A stretch of 64,000 nucleotides of DNA from Acidobacteriota bacterium (GTDB lineage Bacteria; Acidobacteriota; UBA890; WLXD01), in NCBI GenBank assembly GCA_963666215.2, contig CAXWPL010000002.1, positions 1 through 64,000 of the forward strand, written 5' to 3'. Every line of letters starts with the position of its first letter. Positions within the stretch are counted from its first letter, which is position 1. A model generated the notes under the pieces. That model did not search any database and was not told where the DNA came from. It was given only the letters and a program-made list of their open reading frames with translations. A program made the translations under genes and the position numbers. This document shows positions 58,332 to 64,000 of the stretch, one piece after another.

Positions 58332-59279
58332 ATGCCCCATCGCCACCCTCTCGCCGCGCGCCAAACGGGCCTTGCCGCGTTGCTGGTCGCCCTGCTGACG
58401 TTGCCACCGTTGAGCAGCGCCTCCGCGCTGGCCGCCACCGCCGTCTCGGGCTCGGTGGCGATGCGCGGCTTCTTCGCGATGCGCTCGGCTTCGGCGCTCG
58501 ACGCCGAAGCACGTCTTCTCGACGTTCTCGACCGCGGTCGCATTGCCGATTGGGCGCGCCGGCTTGCTCAGCAGCCGCGCATTGCGGGAACCGATCGCAT
58601 GAAGGAAACAGCCGATTGGGTTGCCGAACGCTTCGGCCAATGGGGCCTCGAGGTCGAGATCGACACGCACGACGTGTATCTGCCGCACGCCCTATCGGTG
58701 GCGGTGGAGCGCCTCAACCCGGACCCGAGTCCGTTGTCGTTACGCGAGGACGCAGTCAGCGAGGATCCGGACTCAGCCGCCCCGCTCTACCCAGCCGCAA
58801 ACGGTTACTCTGCGGCCGGCGATGTTCGCGGCTCGGTGATCTACGCCAACTACGGCCGCGCCGAGGATTTCGACGCCCTGAGCGCCTCTGGCGTTTCGGT
58901 CGACGGCAAGGTGGTGCTGATGCGCTACGGACGGGTGTTTCGTGGCGTCAAGGCACGCAACGCTGAGGCCGCCGGTGCTGTCGCGGTGCTGCTCTACTCG
59001 GATCCCCTCGACGACGGGTTCTTTCGTGGTGACGTCTATCCGAATGGCCCTTTCCGGCCGTGGAGCGGACTGCAGCGGGGCTCCGTCCGCTGGGGAGCGC
59101 CGGGCGACCCGGCCCCCCAGCACGGTGGGTCTGCCGCCGGTCGGCCGTGAGATCAACCATCTCGCCTGGAGCTCGCGTCGCTGGCCGCGGCCATCGATTC
59201 GGCGGCTGTTGAGCTCGAGTCGGCCGTTCATCTGTTGACCGACCGGACCCTACGTCGGCGAGGCGTCGATACGCCCTAG
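58332..59279 (+). pseudogene. Glutamate carboxypeptidase II/transferrin-receptor-like M28 peptidase with the catalytic domain deleted
   Basis: PA domain (YANYG, RYGRVFRGVK, YSDP, QRGS, PGDP) stops at 59150; the helical tail LELASLAAAIDSAA follows; no M28 zinc motifs. Confidence 0.7.
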
Positions 59280-59304
59280 GTGCGACCCTGGCCTTGGTGC
59301 GGGC

Positions 59305-59596
59305 AAAAAAAGAACAGGCGATCCCCGTGAACGGCCTCCCCGAATGCAGCCGGTCCCGGGAACTGCCTCTGCTCCGAACGAGGTCTGCCCCTAACGGCCA
59401 CGTTCTACGCCTGCTTCGCGCGAGGCCTCGGGAATCCCGACCGACAAGCCTCCCACCGATGCGCGGTCGGGGCTGTGCCGGCGCATCGGAGTTGTCGACG
59501 TCCCGAAGGACGAGCTTCGTGTTCAGCAGACAGCAAAGACGTTGTTGAACCCGGGGCGCGCGGCTGACCCGTGCGGCCTGGAGGATCGCCTGAACG
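59305..59596 (-). ncRNA. Candidate ~280-nt structured RNA (6S/Ms1-like rod with branched apex)
   Basis: Ends pair (CAGGCGAUCCUC with GGGGAUCGCCUG); nested helices; U7 tract at the 3' end; upstream TTGACA-N17-AATGAT. Confidence 0.7.
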
Positions 59597-59601
59597 CGCA
59601 G

Positions 59602-59630
59602 ATCATTTTTCCTGGGCGCGGGTTTGTCAA
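59602..59630 (-). promoter_or_regulatory. sigma-70-type promoter of the candidate ncRNA
   Basis: TTGACA-aacccgcgcccaggaaa-AATGAT. Confidence 0.6.
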
Positions 59631-59726
59631 CCAGCCGCCGCGAGGATCCCCCTGTGGACGTCCTCGCCGAGACGCCAAAGCACTCATGACAAAGGATTTC
59701 GGCCCGTAACGGCGAATCCGGCTTCG

Positions 59727-59755
59727 TTGTGGAAAAGTCCGACGCGCTGTACAAT
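59727..59755 (+). promoter_or_regulatory. sigma-70-type promoter of carD
   Basis: TTGTGG-N17-TACAAT. Confidence 0.55.
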
Positions 59756-59828
59756 CCCACCTTGTGGGCGCGGCGAGAGCTGTTTCTCGCGAGCTGCAAG
59801 TAACGAAGCTAACGAACGGGGGGTCGCA

Positions 59829-60350
59829 TTGCGTTTTGAGGTCGGCGACAAGGTCGTCTATCCGAACCACGGCGTGGGCGTCATCGAGGACATCAAGCGT
59901 CGGGCGATCGCGGACACAGATCAAAATTTCTATCATCTTCGGATCCTGGCCAACGACACCATCGTCATGGTGCCGGTTGGGAATTCGAAGGCGGTCGGGT
60001 TGCGCAAGATCTTCCGCAAAGCCGAGGTCAAGAAGCTCTACATCCACCTCCGCGATCCCGATTTCGAGACCCACAAGAACTGGAAGGGTCGCTACAAGGA
60101 AAACGCCGAAAAGATGCGCTCCGGGCACCTCGTCGAGATGGGCGACGTGCTCAAGAATCTGATGCACCTGTCGCAGCGCAAGGCGCTTTCCTACAGAGAA
60201 AAGCGGATGTACGAGAAGGCCAAGACGCTCACCCTCTCTGAGGTGGCGATCGTCGAGGGCGACTCGGAGAACGATGTCCGCAAGAAGATCGAGGAGGCGC
60301 TCGCCGACTGCATGGTGGCGCGCGAAGCTCGCAAGTCGAAAGCGTCCTGA
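59829..60350 (+). CDS. carD: CarD/CdnL RNA-polymerase-binding regulator
   Basis: FEVGDKVVYPNHGVG, VMVP, GLR, NWKGRY with the conserved Trp, LSYREKRM. Confidence 0.9.
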   Translation: MRFEVGDKVVYPNHGVGVIEDIKRRAIADTDQNFYHLRILANDTIVMVPVGNSKAVGLRKIFRKAEVKKLYIHLRDPDFETHKNWKGRYKENAEKMRSGHLVEMGDVLKNLMHLSQRKALSYREKRMYEKAKTLTLSEVAIVEGDSENDVRKKIEEALADCMVAREARKSKAS

Positions 60351-60422
60351 TTCGGTGCGATAGCCGGCCGACTCGGCTTCACGCGCACGCTTCCGCCACG
60401 CCCCGCTAAGGATCTCCGCCTC

Positions 60423-61700
60423 ATGGACGCGCTCAAGCGACTCTCCCTGCCCACGTGGATCGCCATCGGCATGCTGATGGGCATCCTGGTGGGAGTCTTG
60501 TTCGGCGAGTCGGCGACGATGATCAAGCCGCTGGGCGACCTTTTTCTGCGGCTGATCCGCATGGTTGTGGTGCCGCTGGTCTTCTCCTCGCTGCTCGTCG
60601 GCACGGCGATGCTCGGAGACCCCAAGCGTCTCGGGCGCATTGGTGGGAAGACGCTCGCGTACTACATGTGCACCACGGCAATCGCGATCGTCATCGGCCT
60701 GGTGATCGCCAACGTGGTGGAGCCGGGATCGTGGATCGACACCGAAACGCAGCAGCAGCTTCTCGCCAACTTCGCCGGCGACGCCGACGGTGCCGCGGGT
60801 CGTCTACGCGAGCGTCCGAGCGTCACCGATACCTTGTTGAACATCGTGCCCACCAATCCGGTGGCGGCCATGGCCGAGGGCTCGATGTTGCAGATTATCT
60901 TCTTCGCGCTGCTCTTCGGCGTGGCCCTGACGCTGATTCCGAAAAAGACTCATCGCGAGCAGGTCTTGGTGTTTTTCGACGGCATCAACGAGGCGATGAT
61001 CCAGATCGTCCACATGGTGATGAAGCTGGCGCCGATTGGAGTGCTGGCGCTGATGGCGGCGGCGATTGGGCAGTTCGGACTGGACATCCTGGGCGTGCTT
61101 GTTGCTTATGCCGCATGCGTGGTGGTTGGCCTGTTGCTCCACATGACGATCGTTTACGGAGGTGTCGTCAAGCTGTTCGCCGGCATGTCGCCGATGCGCT
61201 TCTTTCGTGGCATCCGGCCGGCGCAGCTGATCGCTTTCTCGACCTCGTCGAGCAGCGCCACTCTGCCGGTCACCATGCACCACGCAACGCACGATCTGGG
61301 AGTTTCGGAGCAGATCTCGGCCTTTGTACTGCCGCTCGGTGCCACCGTGAACATGGACGGCACGGCTCTCTACCAGGGAGTCGCCGCCGTCTTCATCTCA
61401 CAGGTCTACGGGATCGACCTTGGCCTGAGCGGTCAGGTGACGATCGTACTGATGGCGACACTGGCCTCGGTCGGAGCCGCTGGAGTGCCGGGCATCGGCG
61501 TGATCACACTGGCGATGGTGCTCGAGCAGCTCGGCCTGCCGCTCGAGGGAATCGCGCTCATCCTTGGTGTCGATCGCGTTCTCGACATGCTGCGCACGGC
61601 GACCAACGTCACCGGCGACGCCTCGGCCGCGGTGATCGTTGCGGCGAGCGAGGACCAGCTCTGGAAGGCGCCGCCGAAGGACGCGACCGCGAGCGCCTAG
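60423..61700 (+). CDS. Dicarboxylate/amino acid:cation symporter (DAACS)
   Basis: AFSTSSSSATLP, GATVNMDG, DMLRTATNVTGD. Confidence 0.92.
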   Translation: MDALKRLSLPTWIAIGMLMGILVGVLFGESATMIKPLGDLFLRLIRMVVVPLVFSSLLVGTAMLGDPKRLGRIGGKTLAYYMCTTAIAIVIGLVIANVVEPGSWIDTETQQQLLANFAGDADGAAGRLRERPSVTDTLLNIVPTNPVAAMAEGSMLQIIFFALLFGVALTLIPKKTHREQVLVFFDGINEAMIQIVHMVMKLAPIGVLALMAAAIGQFGLDILGVLVAYAACVVVGLLLHMTIVYGGVVKLFAGMSPMRFFRGIRPAQLIAFSTSSSSATLPVTMHHATHDLGVSEQISAFVLPLGATVNMDGTALYQGVAAVFISQVYGIDLGLSGQVTIVLMATLASVGAAGVPGIGVITLAMVLEQLGLPLEGIALILGVDRVLDMLRTATNVTGDASAAVIVAASEDQLWKAPPKDATASA

Positions 61701-61783
61701 CGAGTCGAGCCTTGGCACCGACCGCTGGCGGGCGAGTGGTGTCCGCAGCCTGGGTGTGACGTCCGCTATCTGGGCTCTTTGAG

Positions 61784-62311
61784 CTAGAAGTCCGTCGTCT
61801 GCCGGATCACCGGCCTCAGCACCCATTCGCCGTTCGCCTTCAGTCGTACCGAGGCGTCAACGTCGAAGTCCAGCGCTACCTCGATCGACTGATTCTCGAC
61901 CACCGGAAACAGTACCGGTACGACGATCTCGGGCGTCTCGATGCGCAGATCCTTACGGCGACCCTCGAGGTTGATTACGGAGCTGTTGGCCTCGGAGAAT
62001 CGAATGCGGATCTGCGTGTAGTCGCCCTCCTCGAGCTCGTTGCCGAGCGCCAGTAGCGCCCCGCCGAGCTGCAGGCCGAGCAGCTCGTGTACGACGCTGC
62101 CCGAGAAGAGCGTGACGAACTGGCCCGAACGAGCGTCGAGCACATCCACCTGAGTGACCTCGACGGCCACCTGCTGCGCCGCAGCGGTGGTGGCCTGTAG
62201 CCCCGCGCTGTCGGTGAAGAAGATCGCCAGCTGTCCCCGGTGCTGTACACAGCCGGCCGCGAAGATCGTGAGAGCGCCGATCAGGCCGATCGTGGTCCCG
62301 AGTTTGCGCAT
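61784..62311 (-). CDS. DUF4382-like lipoprotein
   Basis: Lipobox FAAGC, FTD, G.YTQIR, LDFDVDASV, LRPVI. Confidence 0.7.
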   Translation of the reverse strand: MRKLGTTIGLIGALTIFAAGCVQHRGQLAIFFTDSAGLQATTAAAQQVAVEVTQVDVLDARSGQFVTLFSGSVVHELLGLQLGGALLALGNELEEGDYTQIRIRFSEANSSVINLEGRRKDLRIETPEIVVPVLFPVVENQSIEVALDFDVDASVRLKANGEWVLRPVIRQTTDF

Positions 62312-62528
62312 CGGTGTTGCTCCTGAAGATTGCGACGAACGTTGAGCCGATTCGGTGATTCTGCGGGTGTCAGAGGTCGCAGTGTGGCAGTAGCAAAATC
62401 GAGCGTGCAATCCGAAAGTGACCACGAACCGGACAGAACTGGCCGCAGGCGACCGACGGGTTTCACCATTGCGAGGGGGTCGTCGACAATGCCGTGGCCG
62501 CCTCCGTGCCGACAGACGCAGAAGGTCT

Positions 62529-62557
62529 TTGACTTCCGTAGTACCCCCGCCTACATT
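62529..62557 (+). promoter_or_regulatory. sigma-70 promoter upstream of tRNA-tilS-ftsH
   Basis: TTGACT-N17-TACATT. Confidence 0.6.
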
Positions 62558-62662
62558 GTCCGCTCGTTTCTGCCCGTTGCAGACTCCGTGACGATCGCGA
62601 CGCGCGGGGCTGGGGCAGAGGACCCGAACGACATCTCGCTGCTTGCAGCGAGCGGCGAACCT

Positions 62663-62735
62663 GGCGGTGTAGCTCAGCTGGCAGAGCAGGCGGCTCATAT
62701 CCGCCGAGTCGGGGGTTCAAGTCCCTCCACCGCCA
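62663..62735 (+). tRNA. tRNA with CAT anticodon, most likely elongator tRNA-Met
   Basis: GGCGGTG acceptor, GCGG-CTCATAT-CCGC anticodon arm, GGTTCAAGTCC. Confidence 0.9.
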
Positions 62736-62750
62736 TTCACTCTCGACGAT

Positions 62751-63764
62751 ATGCTGGCAACCTTCGCCAGTGCGTTACTCCAGCGCGACCTGTTGGGTGG
62801 TGTCGAGCGCCTGCTCGTGGGGTGCAGCGGCGGAGGCGACTCGACTGCGCTGCTCGATCTCCTGAGCCGACACCTGGAATCACAGCCCGTGGTGCTGGCG
62901 GCGATCGTGGTCGATCACGGGGTCCGGTCAGACTCTGACAGCCGTGCCGATTTCGAGCTCGTGCGCAGCCAGGCCGAGTCGCGCGGGCATGAGTGTCTGA
63001 TCGAGCGGGCCCCGAGCGTTGAGCGCTGGAACGAGGCCATCGGGCGGCAGCAGCGCCTTACCGCTTTCCGGCGCGCGGCTGGTCGCTGGCAAGCCGACGC
63101 GGTTGCTGTTGGGCATACCCTGGACGACCAGGCCGAGACCGTGCTGCTGCAGCTCGCTCGCGGCGCCGGCCCTGGCGGGCTTGCCGGAATTCGTCCGCGC
63201 CGGCGCTTGGACGGGCTTCTGATGCTGCGGCCACTGCTTTCGTTCCGTCGCGGCGACCTACGCGACTACCTGCGCGCTCGCGGCCTTCTGTGGCGTGAGG
63301 ATCCAACCAACGAAGACCTTTCGATTGCCCGCAACCGTGTACGCCGCGAAGTCCTTCCGAGCCTGCTAGAGGCAGTGCCCGGGGCGGTTGCCGCTATCGC
63401 CCGTACGGCCAACTTGCTGCGTGACGACGAGACGTGGCTCAACACGATCGTCGAGCAGACGACTCGAGCGCTCACGGTACCGGAGCCCCACGAGGGGGGC
63501 TCCGCACTCGATCTCGCGGGACTGACCGCGCTGCCCGTCGCACTCCAACGCCGCGTGCTTCGCGGCGCGCTACGTGAGCTTCGCGGCGACCTGAGCGGTA
63601 TCAGCGCGGCCCACGTCGAAGCCGCGTTGGCCGTGGCTGATGCCGCAGCCGGCGGCCCGTCCGCCCAGGATCTTCCGGGAGTCCGCGTGATTCGAGGGAA
63701 CGGGAGCTTGCGGCTACTGCCGCTCGAGGCGCGCCGCCTGCGAGCGACGGATGGCGTCTCCTGA
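62751..63764 (+). CDS. tilS: tRNA(Ile)-lysidine synthetase (short form)
   Basis: PP-loop SGGGDS, VDHG, GHTLDDQAET, RPLL, EDPTN, RNRVR. Confidence 0.92.
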   Translation: MLATFASALLQRDLLGGVERLLVGCSGGGDSTALLDLLSRHLESQPVVLAAIVVDHGVRSDSDSRADFELVRSQAESRGHECLIERAPSVERWNEAIGRQQRLTAFRRAAGRWQADAVAVGHTLDDQAETVLLQLARGAGPGGLAGIRPRRRLDGLLMLRPLLSFRRGDLRDYLRARGLLWREDPTNEDLSIARNRVRREVLPSLLEAVPGAVAAIARTANLLRDDETWLNTIVEQTTRALTVPEPHEGGSALDLAGLTALPVALQRRVLRGALRELRGDLSGISAAHVEAALAVADAAAGGPSAQDLPGVRVIRGNGSLRLLPLEARRLRATDGVS

Positions 63765-63880
63765 GCCCGGGCGGCGCCGAACAGGGTTTCCGAGGAGTGG
63801 TAGGCCACAGTGTCACGAGCGCGGCCATGCAGCCGGTTTCGCGGTAGTTGGCCCGCGACGAGGTGGTGTATTCTGGTGCG

Positions 63881-64000
63881 ATGAGCTCAGGAATCAAGCA
63901 GGTCGCATTGTGGCTGGTGGTGATCACGATCGCCATCGTCGTGTACAACGTCTTCAGGGAGTCGGCGGCGCCTCCCCAGGAGATCATCTTCTCCGACTTT
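63881..64000 (+). CDS. ftsH: FtsH protease, 5' end (runs off the window)
   Basis: MSSGIKQVALWLVV...EIIFSDF transmembrane start, directly after tilS (conserved synteny). Confidence 0.8.
   Translation, partial: MSSGIKQVALWLVVITIAIVVYNVFRESAAPPQEIIFSDF

Noticed and set aside
59305-59596. tmRNA, RNase P RNA, SRP RNA or a coding ORF (59294-59548)
   Set aside because: Lacks tRNA-like ends, RNase P P4 motifs and the SRP domain IV motif; the overlapping ORFs have no recognisable protein features.

Overview
High-GC bacterial chromosome segment; gene content suggests an Acidobacteriota/Gemmatimonadota-like organism (inference only). Positions 1-23.3 kb are an accessory island ending at a tRNA-fMet 3'-fragment (attR-like, 23302-23344). 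The island carries (i) a restriction-like defence operon: SNF2 helicase-DUF3883 nuclease, DUF1156 adenine methyltransferase, an IS-split PD-(D/E)xK-like gene and a DUF499 ATPase, plus a convergent PD-(D/E)xK gene and an hsdM relic; (ii) two IS3-family elements; and (iii) a compact phage-satellite-like element with integrase, CI/Cro-like switch, excisionase, primase-helicase with iteron origin, Holliday-junction resolvase, TerS-like and TerL genes and AlpA, but no capsid or portal gene. Positions 23.6-31.2 kb (S10 peptidase, TRAP transporter, aldo-keto reductase, DUF3830, M24-like) are bracketed by a 21-bp repeat of tRNA-Leu(CAA). The rest is mostly backbone: peptidases, ppk1 (frameshifted), IS481, nadQ-nadA-nadC, pruA, rnd, carD, a DAACS symporter and tRNA-Met-tilS-ftsH, with several internally deleted pseudogenes. 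An unannotated ~280-nt structured RNA with its own promoter and U-tract lies divergent from carD. All calls come from motif recognition by eye; no searches were run. Several single-base frameshifts could be assembly errors.
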